A DNA stretch of 64,000 bases from Candidatus Zhuqueibacterota bacterium (GTDB lineage Bacteria; Zhuqueibacterota; Zhuqueibacteria; Residuimicrobiales; Krinioviventaceae), in contig JAFGSB010000158.1 of the NCBI GenBank assembly GCA_016934825.1, positions 66,842 to 130,841 of the forward strand. The letters run 5' to 3'. Positions 39,175 to 48,832 of the stretch are shown here, in pieces; position 1 is the first letter of the stretch; each line of letters starts with the position of its first letter. A program made the translations under genes and the position numbers. The notes beneath the pieces are model-generated. The model worked only from the letters and a program-made list of their open reading frames with translations. It had not been told where the DNA came from and searched no databases.

Positions 39175-40404
39175 ATGGCAACGATTAATTCGAATTATAA
39201 TAAACTTGCGGCCGGGTATCTGTTTCCTGAAATTGCGAGAAGGACCCGGGCATTCCTGGAAAAGAATCCGGGGGTTAAAGTCATGCGCCTGGGTATCGGC
39301 AATACAACCGAACCCCTGACGCCCTCCGTCATTAAGGGATTGTTTTCGGGGGTCGAAAAATTAGCTTCCGTCGATACGTATACGGGATATGGGGACGAAC
39401 AGGGAGACGCCCGTTTAAGGGAGGCATTGAAGAAACAATACGCCGGACTGGGTGTAAACCTGGATATCGGCGAAATATTCGTCAGCGACGGCGCCAAGCC
39501 GGACTCCGGTAATATACAATCCATATTCGGGCAGGACAATATCATCGCGGTGCAGGATCCGGCCTACCCGGTTTACGTGGATACCAACGTTATCGCAGGC
39601 CGCACCGGTTTTTTTAATAAACAGAGAGGATTGTATGACGGAATCGTCTATATGCCCTGCACTGAAGCGAACGGATTTTTTTCGCCGGTTCCGGATCAAA
39701 AAGTGGACTTGATTTATATTTGCAGCCCCAACAACCCGACGGGTACCGTGGCAACAAAAGAGCAGTTAAAAACATTTGTCGATTACGCCCGGCGGAATAA
39801 AGCGGTCATTATTTTCGACGCGGCTTATTCCGCGTTTATCAAGGATGATTCTCTTCCCAAAAGTATATTTCAAATTGACGGGGCGGCGGAATGCGCCCTG
39901 GAGATAAACAGTTTTTCCAAAATTGCCGGTTTTACTGGCGTCCGGCTCGGCTGGGCCGTGGTGCCGAAAGCGCTGACGGTTGAAAACAGCGAACCGGGAA
40001 AAATAAATGCCCTGTGGAACAGAAGACAAAGCACTTTTTTTAACGGCGCTTCCAATATCGTGCAGGAGGGCGGTCTGGCCGCTCTTTCCGAACAGGGTGC
40101 AAAAGAGTGCCGTGGATTGATAGATTATTATATGGATAATGCCCTAATTATCAAAAACGGATTGACGGAAATCGGTATCAGGGTTTTCGGCGGAGATAAC
40201 GGCCCGTATATCTGGATGCAAACTCTTAACGGAATGAACTCGTGGGACTTTTTCGATAAATTAATAACCGAGACACATGTTGTCGGCACCCCCGGTTCCG
40301 GTTTCGGACCGAGCGGCGAGGGATATTTTCGTCTCAGTTCTTTTGGTCATAAACAGGATATTATCAACGCGGTTGACAGTATAAAACAGAATCTGGTGAT
40401 ATAA
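39175..40404 (+). CDS. dapL: LL-diaminopimelate aminotransferase (DapL type)
   Basis: N-terminal INSNYNKLAAGYLFPEIARR is characteristic of DapL; class I aminotransferase with the PLP-lysine SFSK motif. Confidence 0.85.
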   Translation: MATINSNYNKLAAGYLFPEIARRTRAFLEKNPGVKVMRLGIGNTTEPLTPSVIKGLFSGVEKLASVDTYTGYGDEQGDARLREALKKQYAGLGVNLDIGEIFVSDGAKPDSGNIQSIFGQDNIIAVQDPAYPVYVDTNVIAGRTGFFNKQRGLYDGIVYMPCTEANGFFSPVPDQKVDLIYICSPNNPTGTVATKEQLKTFVDYARRNKAVIIFDAAYSAFIKDDSLPKSIFQIDGAAECALEINSFSKIAGFTGVRLGWAVVPKALTVENSEPGKINALWNRRQSTFFNGASNIVQEGGLAALSEQGAKECRGLIDYYMDNALIIKNGLTEIGIRVFGGDNGPYIWMQTLNGMNSWDFFDKLITETHVVGTPGSGFGPSGEGYFRLSSFGHKQDIINAVDSIKQNLVI

Positions 40405-40422
40405 TCTATAAAGGAAATTTTT

Positions 40423-41739
40423 ATGTTATTGTCCGGCTACGGAAAGGTAACCGATATAATTATTATTGATGCGGCGAAACGGTACGGAACACCTTTTTAC
40501 TTATATGATGAGAGTTTGATCGTGGAAAAAGGCAATACGGTGCTATCCATGCCGAACGCTTATGGTTTAAATGTCAGCTATGCCATGAAGGCAAATTCCA
40601 ATAAAGCCATATTACAGCTTTTACATAAACTGGGCTTCAGGATTGACGCGAGCTCTTTGAATGAAGCGCGGCGCGCCCACTTTGCCGGCTTTCCATTGAA
40701 CAGGATCATGCTAACGACCCAGGAAATTCCATTAAATAAAGACCGCCGGGATCTTGAACAGATGATGCTGCAGGGACTGAAATATAATGTTTGTTCCCTG
40801 CGGCAGCTGCATCTGATCGCAGAGTTTGCCTCGAAACATCATATCAATCTGGCCATGCGCGTGCACCCGGGTGTAGGGACCGGGGAATCCGTCACAAGAA
40901 ACACCGGCGATAAATATTCCTGTTTTGGCGTGCATCTGACGGATATCGAAAAAGCCCTGCAATATGCTTCAACTATGGGTTTGAAATTTGATCTTGTACA
41001 TACACATATCGGGTCCGGTGGCAGTCCGGTTGAATGGCGTAATAATATTGAAAGGGAATTGAGTTTTGTGGAAAAATATTTCCCCGACGCGACAACCGTC
41101 AATTTCGGCGGCGGCTTTAAAGAAGCCCGTATGCCGGATGAAACGGCGTCGGATATTCATGATCTGGGTTTATACGCCAAACAACGGTTTGAGGATTTTT
41201 ATAAAAGGACCGGGCGCAAACTGACAATGGAAGTGGAACCCGGTACATTTATCGTCGCCAATGCGGGCTATATTGTATCGACGGTGCTTGACATCAAACA
41301 AACCGGTCCGGACGGGTTTGAATTTTTAATTCTCGATGGCGGGATGGAAGCCAACGTCAGGCCCCTGTTGTACGGGTCCAGGCATCCGTTTTATATCGTA
41401 TCCAAACAGGGGCAATTGCTGTCATCCGAATTTGATTTGAACGGCTTTGATTCGGAAAAAGATTTGCGCGTTATTGTGGGGCGCTGCTGTGAAAGCGGGG
41501 ACTCGCAGTGTCTCGACGCAAATGGTAACATTGTACCACGTGTGATGGCCAAACCGGAAACCGGTGATTATGTTGTAATTGGCGGGACCGGCGCCTACTG
41601 TTCATCCATGTCGCCATATAATTATAATTCCTATATTCAGGCCCCGGAAATATTATTGCGGACAAACGGGGAGTTGCAGATCATCAGGAAACCGCAGACC
41701 CTGGAACAAATGATCAAAAATGAAATGTCCCTGGATTAA
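40423..41739 (+). CDS. lysA: Diaminopimelate decarboxylase
   Basis: Fold-III PLP decarboxylase with YAMKAN PLP-lysine motif, GGG and CESGD motifs. Confidence 0.85.
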   Translation: MLLSGYGKVTDIIIIDAAKRYGTPFYLYDESLIVEKGNTVLSMPNAYGLNVSYAMKANSNKAILQLLHKLGFRIDASSLNEARRAHFAGFPLNRIMLTTQEIPLNKDRRDLEQMMLQGLKYNVCSLRQLHLIAEFASKHHINLAMRVHPGVGTGESVTRNTGDKYSCFGVHLTDIEKALQYASTMGLKFDLVHTHIGSGGSPVEWRNNIERELSFVEKYFPDATTVNFGGGFKEARMPDETASDIHDLGLYAKQRFEDFYKRTGRKLTMEVEPGTFIVANAGYIVSTVLDIKQTGPDGFEFLILDGGMEANVRPLLYGSRHPFYIVSKQGQLLSSEFDLNGFDSEKDLRVIVGRCCESGDSQCLDANGNIVPRVMAKPETGDYVVIGGTGAYCSSMSPYNYNSYIQAPEILLRTNGELQIIRKPQTLEQMIKNEMSLD

Positions 41740-41754
41740 TATTGAACTGATCTT

Positions 41755-41783
41755 GGAAAAGCCCTTTTAAAGGGCTTTTTTAC
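41755..41783 (+). terminator. Rho-independent terminator of the lysine operon
   Basis: GAAAAGCCCTTTTAAAGGGCTTTTTTAC: perfect 7-bp GC-containing stem, 5-nt loop, then a U-run. Confidence 0.8.
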
Positions 41784-41835
41784 TTTATGATCCTTTATAA
41801 AAGGTTTGACATGAGAGTTTGAATTAATTATATTT

Positions 41836-42033
41836 AGCCTGACACCAGTGTCCGGTAAACCCCGGACGCGACACTCTTAACATATTTATATATTAACGTA
41901 TTCTGATATAATATCATTTATTGATTTGTTTGAGAAAAATAAATTTTTATAATTATTTAACCTGATTTTATTTAAATTGTAAGCCGTATCAGGGAGCAGT
42001 GTCCGTGAACCGGACACCAGTGTTAGCCTGAGT
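41836..42033 (+). repeat. About 190-bp hairpin-terminated intergenic repeat, copy B
   Basis: 5' AGCCTGACACCAGTGTCCGGTAAACCCCGGACGCGACACTCTTAACATATT ... 3' CCGTATCAGGGAGCAGTGTCCGTGAACCGGACACCAGTGTTAGCCTGA. Confidence 0.7.
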
Positions 42034-42053
42034 AAAATAAAAAAAAGAGAATT

Positions 42054-43112
42054 ATGAAAGTTAAAGATTATCAACGCGCCCCGCTCTTCAATGATATACG
42101 GCTTGGAATAGTATTGATTATTATTCTTGTCTTTAGTTTTACTTTTTATCTTATCCGTGTTCCTTCCGGTATCGGATTTGCCATATCGGCTTTTTTGGCC
42201 CTCATTTTATTTATTTCCCCGTTTATTTTATTGGCCAATCCAACCCTAATTAAAATTCTGCGTAAAGATATTGAAACCCATCCGATACATGTATGGATTC
42301 TGCCGTCATTTTTGTTCGTTGTTTTATTAATCTACGCATTCATAACAGGACATGCTGACGGTCCGGGTATTTTAAAAGGTTTCCTTTATTGTTTCGTTCC
42401 TTTTTTACTGTTTATGCTTTTGAAAAACAGTTCGCCGGTATTGACAATTCCTGATGTTATCCTTGTCCTGGTTTTGTGGCTTCCGGTTGAATTCGGATTC
42501 GTACCCGACCTTGGTATCCCGCACGTGCAATCCGTTATCAACGTGTATTTATTGATCGGTTTGAATATTATATTATATGTTTACCTGGTTATGCGTCAAT
42601 TACCCGATATGGGTTATACTTTCAGATTAAAGGATCATGAATGGCGGACCGCTGTCATGAATTTTTTAATCCTATTGGTGATAGCAATACCGGTCGGGCT
42701 GCTCACTCATTTTATCGTTTTTTCCCGGACTATGCCCTCTTTTGGGGAAATGATACAAAAATTACTGTTTATTTGTTTTTTTGTCGCCCTGCCGGAGGAA
42801 ATATTGTTCCGCGGGGTCATCCTCAATTTAATTGAAAAACAATTGGGCGGGGTAAAAAAAGCGGGTACGATCGCCATGTTGATATCATCCGTTTTATACG
42901 GACTGGCGCACGGTAACAATTCAAGTCCTCCTTTTATCGATTTATCGCCTGGATCGTTGGGAACCTGGCATGTACCATGGGCTTTTATGCTGCTGGCAAC
43001 GATAGCCGGTGTCTTTTACGGTTTGACCTATATAAAGACCCGTAAGATTTTTGCCGCTGTAATAGTCCATTTGTTCATTAACTGGAGCTGGTTTGTTTTT
43101 TTCAGCGGTTAA
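42054..43112 (+). CDS. CPBP-family (CAAX/Abi) intramembrane metalloprotease
   Basis: EEILFRG motif 1, LYGLAH motif 2 and a C-terminal His motif; 8 to 9 TM helices. Confidence 0.7.
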   Translation: MKVKDYQRAPLFNDIRLGIVLIIILVFSFTFYLIRVPSGIGFAISAFLALILFISPFILLANPTLIKILRKDIETHPIHVWILPSFLFVVLLIYAFITGHADGPGILKGFLYCFVPFLLFMLLKNSSPVLTIPDVILVLVLWLPVEFGFVPDLGIPHVQSVINVYLLIGLNIILYVYLVMRQLPDMGYTFRLKDHEWRTAVMNFLILLVIAIPVGLLTHFIVFSRTMPSFGEMIQKLLFICFFVALPEEILFRGVILNLIEKQLGGVKKAGTIAMLISSVLYGLAHGNNSSPPFIDLSPGSLGTWHVPWAFMLLATIAGVFYGLTYIKTRKIFAAVIVHLFINWSWFVFFSG

Positions 43113-43270
43113 AACCGGTTCAACTCATAATTACAAACTAAATTGATCCATTTTATCTTTCAGCACAAAAGCAAAGTGGATGATACGACTGTTGATATGA
43201 AAATAAAATTGTTACAGGTATAATAAACGATATAAAATATTACATACAGGAAAAAGTTCGGGACAGCAAT

Positions 43271-44533
43271 ATGAAAAAAGATAAACCCAGGATCATGGTA
43301 TTCGGAATCGGCTCGTTTGCCGCTTCCGCCATGCGGGTGTTCGCGGAAGACGGCGCCGAGGTTTTTTGTTATTTGACCCGCGAATACGGCCATTATGGTC
43401 CATCACAGGAAGGTAAGACCTTTTATTATAAAGACATACCCAATCCCTGTGACATATTAAAAAAATTAAAAATCGATATGGTGTTTCCGATGTCCATCAA
43501 CTGGCACCAGGAAGAATGGACGGAGGAATTTTTACAAACGGGTATCCCGGTGTTTTCCCCGGTTCATGACGCCATGCTGTTGGAACGGGACAGGGATTTT
43601 GCCAGAAAACTATGTAAAAAGTACGGTATACCGTTTCCCCAGTCCCACGTCGCCAAAAATCGGCTTGAAGCGCTGGCTTATGTGAACGCGCATCCCAAAC
43701 CCTATGTCATTAAAAATCCGTTGTGTCGGCCCGGCAGTCCCGTGCATACAATCGTTACGGAAACCGTTCAGGACACAAAAAGCTGGCTGGAAAATGTGAA
43801 TTACGCCGAAGGTGTTTTTTTACAGGAATATATGGGCCGCAGGGAAGCGGGCCATATTGCTTTCATCAGCAACGGTGAAATATATTCGGTGGTGACCAAC
43901 CAGGAATATAAATGGTCCTTTGACGGCAACATGGGCCCGGTTGCCGGAGCGCCTTTGGGCGGACTGGTGGAAGTAGATCCCGGAGATAAATACGGGCTTG
44001 CCAGGGAACTCATTCACCCATTGCTGCCCTGGTTCAGGGAAACGAATTTTAACGGCCCTGTACAGGTTACCGCGGCCAAACGTGACAGCAAATGGTATGT
44101 GCTGGAATACAATGTGCGCACCGGTGTTACGGCCGGTCTGCCGTTGTTACGTATGCTGAAAAATCCGGTCAAAACGATTATGGATACGGCTGTGAACAAA
44201 AAAATCAATATAGATTATGTAAAAAGGAATGAATATGCCTGCGTGTTGACATTGGCTGGCTGGGGGTACCCCTATACCAAAATCACAGGTCCGTATTTGA
44301 CGGTACAGGTAAACGGTAAAACGGATTGTGATATCTGGTGGAATGAAGTGGAAGGCGGAGGGGGCGGACAAATGTTCATGTCCGGACACCGGATAGCGGA
44401 CGTTGCCGCCGTTTCGGATTCAATGGAAAAAGCCGTTCAGATCGCTTACAAAAATATAAAAAAGATATACTGCCTGAGCAGTTATTTTCGTCTTGATGTC
44501 GGTAAAAGTTTGTGGCCGCCCGGAAGTGATTAA
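43271..44533 (+). CDS. PurD-like ATP-grasp ligase (phosphoribosylamine-glycine-ligase homolog lacking the N-domain GGREHA motif)
   Basis: Collinear similarity to PurD N, ATP-grasp and C domains (e.g. VLEYNVRTG vs PurD VIEFNCRFGDPE). The invariant PurD GxGGREHA is replaced by GIGSFAASAM. Confidence 0.65.
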   Translation: MKKDKPRIMVFGIGSFAASAMRVFAEDGAEVFCYLTREYGHYGPSQEGKTFYYKDIPNPCDILKKLKIDMVFPMSINWHQEEWTEEFLQTGIPVFSPVHDAMLLERDRDFARKLCKKYGIPFPQSHVAKNRLEALAYVNAHPKPYVIKNPLCRPGSPVHTIVTETVQDTKSWLENVNYAEGVFLQEYMGRREAGHIAFISNGEIYSVVTNQEYKWSFDGNMGPVAGAPLGGLVEVDPGDKYGLARELIHPLLPWFRETNFNGPVQVTAAKRDSKWYVLEYNVRTGVTAGLPLLRMLKNPVKTIMDTAVNKKINIDYVKRNEYACVLTLAGWGYPYTKITGPYLTVQVNGKTDCDIWWNEVEGGGGGQMFMSGHRIADVAAVSDSMEKAVQIAYKNIKKIYCLSSYFRLDVGKSLWPPGSD

Positions 44534-44559
44534 ATAGAGAAAGAATTTAAACATACACA

Positions 44560-45351
44560 ATGAAAATCGTATTTTCGGAATATAAATCGGATTACGCAAA
44601 TTATATCTTCCCATATTCCATCTGGGCTTACCCGGAGGAGCATGAGACGCCTGCGGATTTATTTGACCGGGGCTTTTTACCCAATTCGCCCAACCTGGAC
44701 CGTTTTTACCTGTGCAGAAATGTTCGTGTTGATTTGGATCGATATGAACCTTCATCAGAGAACCGAAGGATTTTACGGAAAGGGGAGGGCATAGAACCGG
44801 GACTGGTGGAACGGCAGAATTTTGACTTTTCTCCGTCGTGGCGCGAGTTTTGTAAAAAGTACGCCGATGAAAAATTCGGCAAGGACGTGATGAGTTATGA
44901 CAGGCTCGACCGTATCATGAGCGCCCCAATCATTTCGCATGTGATGATATTTAAAGACCTAAAATCTCAAAAGGATATCGGTCTGGTGTTTTTATATATT
45001 GAAAAACCCCATGTTGCTTTTTATTATTATTCGTTCTATGATCTCAACTTTTTTCGGAACAGTCTTGGAATGTTTATGATGACGTCGGCAGTTGGAGAAA
45101 TGAAGAATAATGGTGTTCGGCATATTTATCTCGGATCGTGTTACAGCCGGAATGCCCTTTACAAAACCCAGTTCGAAGGCGTGGAATTTTTTAACGGGTT
45201 CAGATGGTCCGATAATATCAATGAATTAAAATACCTGATCGCCAGGGACTCCGATAAGGTGGACCATCATTTGCTTGAGTCCGACGATTTTACAAGCCGG
45301 TTTTATCCTGATGGAATTAATCCCGGAATACAGACCCGGCAAAACGATTAA
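44560..45351 (+). CDS. ATE/Bpt-family aminoacyl-tRNA-protein transferase-like protein
   Basis: VRVDLDRYEPSSENRRILRK matches the Bpt IRISVPDIELSRSQKRLLAK region; FYYYSFYD and HIYLGSCYSRNALYKTQF match the Bpt/ATE_C core. Confidence 0.6.
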   Translation: MKIVFSEYKSDYANYIFPYSIWAYPEEHETPADLFDRGFLPNSPNLDRFYLCRNVRVDLDRYEPSSENRRILRKGEGIEPGLVERQNFDFSPSWREFCKKYADEKFGKDVMSYDRLDRIMSAPIISHVMIFKDLKSQKDIGLVFLYIEKPHVAFYYYSFYDLNFFRNSLGMFMMTSAVGEMKNNGVRHIYLGSCYSRNALYKTQFEGVEFFNGFRWSDNINELKYLIARDSDKVDHHLLESDDFTSRFYPDGINPGIQTRQND

Positions 45352-45743
45352 ATTACCGGCAGGACAGGAAAACTGTTTTTTATATTACTCCTTCCACGGG
45401 TAAGAATATTAGTTAATTATTCACCATTCTCGTGAAGATATTTTATTTTATGTATTAGATTAAATTTTTATAAAATATATAGTATTTTTTTATACTTGAT
45501 TTTTTAATAAATCAGGATTATTTTATAAAGATTTATTATATATTATACAAATTTGATAAATTATATAAGTAAGGTTTTAACCGGCAATATCGTTAAAATT
45601 TTATTATAAAAGAAGCTGCTTAGGAACACACGAACCTCCCGCACAGGATTTTTATTCATCGACTTTAGGAACTCTGGAAAAAGACAGCTCACTCATTCAG
45701 GCTTTAAGTTCTTATTTGTTCATAAACAAATGGAATAAAAAAA

Positions 45744-47786
45744 TTGTTACCCGTAGTAACAACAATTGAAACAAAGTGTAAACGCTGTTATTCCTGTATA
45801 CGGAATTGTCCGGCAAAGGCGATAAAAGTCGAAAAAGGCCAGGCAATGGTCATAACCGAACGATGTATTGCCTGCGGTTATTGCGTCAAAGTGTGCCCGC
45901 AGAACGCCAAAAAAATACGTGATGATATTTTTCCCACCCTGAATTTATTATCTTCTAAAAGTCGAACAGTCGCCGTATTGGCGCCGTCTTTCCCGGCAGC
46001 TTTCCCGGATCTGGAACCCGGGAAAATTTTAACCGCGATACGGAAACTTGGATTCAGCCGCGTATATGACGTGGCGTATGGCGCTGATTTGATCAGTAAA
46101 GAATACAGGGAGTTATTGGACTCCAATATTATGCCGTTTATTATTTCCTCCCCCTGTCCCGCAGTTGTTAATTATATTGAAAAATACTATCCCATTTTGA
46201 CAATGTGTCTGGCCCCGATTGTATCTCCCATGATCGCTATCGGCAGGTACATCAGCAAATATATTAATCCTGATGCGTTTATTGTTTTTATCGGTCCCTG
46301 CATTGCAAAAAAGAAAGAAATGGGCGACCCGAAAGTCACAGATGTAATAAATCAGGTTTTGACTTTTGATGAATTGAAAGAGCTGTTTACGAAAAAAAAT
46401 ATACAACCCGGCAACGAATTACCGGGTGAATTTGACGGTCCGAATGCCCACCGCGGAAAACTGTTCCCGGTTTCCGGGGGATTGTTAAAAAGCGCCGAAT
46501 TAAATTATGATATTACGGATAATGATATCATTGTCACCGAGGGTAGGGATCGCGTTCTGGAGATTTTACAGAAAGCTTCCGAAGGTCAAATTGAGGCTAA
46601 GTTTTTGGACCTGCTTTTTTGTGAAGGATGTATCAACGGCCCGAAAATTGACAATAACCTTTCGGTGTTTGTAAAAAAAGACAAGGTGATTAATTATATT
46701 AACAGCCGGGTTGAAGAGGAAAAAGAATTTACCCTGGAAAATTTCGATTTAAGCGGGCTGGATCTTGGACGTAAATTTACCAATGAATATAAGGACGAGA
46801 AAATTCCGGATGAAAACGAAATAAAAGCAATACTGCAACTTACCGGAAAAAGTAATCCTGAAGATGAACTGAATTGCGGGGCCTGTGGTTATATATCCTG
46901 CCGTGAGAAAGCGATTGCCGTTTACCAGGGACTGGCCGAGGCTGAAATGTGCCTGCCCTATATGCTGGACAGACTGGAAAAAGTCCAAAATGAGCTGCAA
47001 AAGTCCAATATAGAACTAAAAGAATCCCTGGATACCCTGAAAAAGACCCAACAACAGCTTATTCAATCGGAAAGGCTGGCTTCAATTGGAGAATTGGCCG
47101 CGGGAGTGGCTCATGAATTGAACAATCCGTTAGGGGGAGTGCTAATTTTCAGCAGTCTGTTACTAGAACGAAAAAACATCAGCGATCCGGAATACAGGGA
47201 TTTGAAAAAAATTATTGAAGAGACCGAGCGCTGCAGGAAAATTGTGCACGGATTGTTGGACTTTTCCCGACAGTCCCGTTTGCAGGCCGCTATCGCCGAT
47301 CTAAACAAGATATTAATCAGCACCCTGACCCTGATTGAAAATCAGGTCCTGTTCCAAAATATAAAAATTGTCAGGGAACTGAATCCGGATATCCACAAAG
47401 TATTTGTTGATGTCGGCCAGATTCAGCAGATAGTATTAAATATTATTTTCAACGCGGCTGAAGCGATGGACGGAAAAGGTACGCTAATTGTAAAAACCGG
47501 TTTTTCCCCGGACAAAAAATTTGTACTTGCCAGCTTTAAAGATACCGGAACCGGAATATCGGCGGAACTGCTAAATAAAATTTTTGATCCTTTTTTTACG
47601 ACCAAACCCCCCGGCAAAGGTACAGGATTGGGCCTGTCAATATCTTACGGTATCATAAAAAAACACAAAGGCGATATTATTGTTGACAGCAAGCCGGGGA
47701 AAGGGACCACATTCACAATCAAATTGCCTTCCGCCCTGGTCATGCAGGATACATACCAATTGAATAATAAAATTGTACAAAAATAA
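45744..47786 (+). CDS. Sensory [FeFe]-hydrogenase-like (HydS-type H-cluster domain with two N-terminal 4Fe-4S clusters) fused to a histidine kinase
   Basis: 2x CxxCxxCxxxCP ferredoxin motifs; H-cluster motifs SSPCPAV (L1 variant), [10 protein letters not shown] (L2) and FCEGCINGP (L3). A coiled-coil is followed by the HisKA H-box [12 protein letters not shown] and HATPase_c N/G boxes (GTGLGLSI). TTG start. Confidence 0.8.
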   Translation: MLPVVTTIETKCKRCYSCIRNCPAKAIKVEKGQAMVITERCIACGYCVKVCPQNAKKIRDDIFPTLNLLSSKSRTVAVLAPSFPAAFPDLEPGKILTAIRKLGFSRVYDVAYGADLISKEYRELLDSNIMPFIISSPCPAVVNYIEKYYPILTMCLAPIVSPMIAIGRYISKYINPDAFIVFIGPCIAKKKEMGDPKVTDVINQVLTFDELKELFTKKNIQPGNELPGEFDGPNAHRGKLFPVSGGLLKSAELNYDITDNDIIVTEGRDRVLEILQKASEGQIEAKFLDLLFCEGCINGPKIDNNLSVFVKKDKVINYINSRVEEEKEFTLENFDLSGLDLGRKFTNEYKDEKIPDENEIKAILQLTGKSNPEDELNCGACGYISCREKAIAVYQGLAEAEMCLPYMLDRLEKVQNELQKSNIELKESLDTLKKTQQQLIQSERLASIGELAAGVAHELNNPLGGVLIFSSLLLERKNISDPEYRDLKKIIEETERCRKIVHGLLDFSRQSRLQAAIADLNKILISTLTLIENQVLFQNIKIVRELNPDIHKVFVDVGQIQQIVLNIIFNAAEAMDGKGTLIVKTGFSPDKKFVLASFKDTGTGISAELLNKIFDPFFTTKPPGKGTGLGLSISYGIIKKHKGDIIVDSKPGKGTTFTIKLPSALVMQDTYQLNNKIVQK

Positions 47787-47903
47787 AGTTCAATTTGTCA
47801 GTCATGTTTATGGATAAAAAATGGAATAGTTTATAACAGGATTCAATATCACATGCGTCCGGATAACGGACATCAAATATCCTGTATTCATAAAAGGATG
47901 ACA

Positions 47904-48245
47904 TCGATGGTATTGGAAACAATAGCAAAAAAGCTGTCATTAAAACCATTATATGAAAATATGAAAATCGATATCGAGATAAATGGTATTATTGCATCGG
48001 ATATTTTAAGCGATGTTATGGCAAGAGCGCAAAAAGGTGACTTGTGGATAACAAACCAAACCCATGTTAACGTTATTGCGATTATTTTTTTCAAAGGATT
48101 ATGCGGCGCCATTTTACCGGGCGGCCGGGAACTCGACAATGACGCTGCTGAAAAGGCCATTGAAAAAGGAATACCTGTTTTTATGTCCGACTTGTCCGCA
48201 TTCGATCTGGCGGGTCAGATCTACGGTATGGGTATCAGAGAATAA
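47904..48245 (+). CDS. DRTGG-domain-like small protein
   Basis: About 113 aa from the internal Met; fold-family similarity to DRTGG proteins that accompany sensory hydrogenases. Weak call. Confidence 0.4.
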   Translation, partial: SMVLETIAKKLSLKPLYENMKIDIEINGIIASDILSDVMARAQKGDLWITNQTHVNVIAIIFFKGLCGAILPGGRELDNDAAEKAIEKGIPVFMSDLSAFDLAGQIYGMGIRE

Positions 48246-48832
48246 AAAAAAATGAAAAAAATTTCACTTTTTTGAAAAAAAGACTTGCACATTTTATTTC
48301 GTTTGTTTATAATTAAATAAAGTTGTGAAAAAAAGTACAGCTTTTGTTTATTATCATACGGAACCGATTTTCTATACATCTACAGTGAGGGTCCTGACCT
48401 GCCTCCCCGATATTACGGCCCACTACTCTTGAGACGATACCAGGATATTGAATTAAACAATACCTTTGAGTTGTCTTTATTATGCTACGAGGATTGGGAC
48501 GGTGTTTACGTATATGAGTACGATCCGGAAAATGGTAAAGGAATGTTTTTCTATTTATTGTGATATTATAGCCGCTAATCACCGACTTTTTTTGAATAGG
48601 GATTACAAGTTATAACTTCAACAAGCAGAATAAAACCGGATTGATCGATTTCATTGTAAAATCCACAAGATTGCCCAATCAAATTTACTAAAATTTTTTT
48701 CAATCAGAAAATTTTTTGACATTGTTTTTGTTGATTTTGAAAATTTTAATGATGCATTAATTCATCATGTGTCCATGTTGAAGCGATTGTCATATTTAAG
48801 ATTTTGTATTGAAATTCGATGGAGGTGAAGTA

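Noticed and set aside
43160-43393. 77-aa minus-strand ORF between the CPBP gene and the ATP-grasp gene
   Set aside because: It overlaps the start of the ATP-grasp gene, has a hydrophobic low-complexity product and no RBS.
48313-48582. 89-aa minus-strand ORF in the 560-bp leader before the hydrogenase operon
   Set aside because: No RBS, Arg/His-rich low-complexity product, and it lies across a GC-rich block more consistent with structured RNA. Treated as non-coding.
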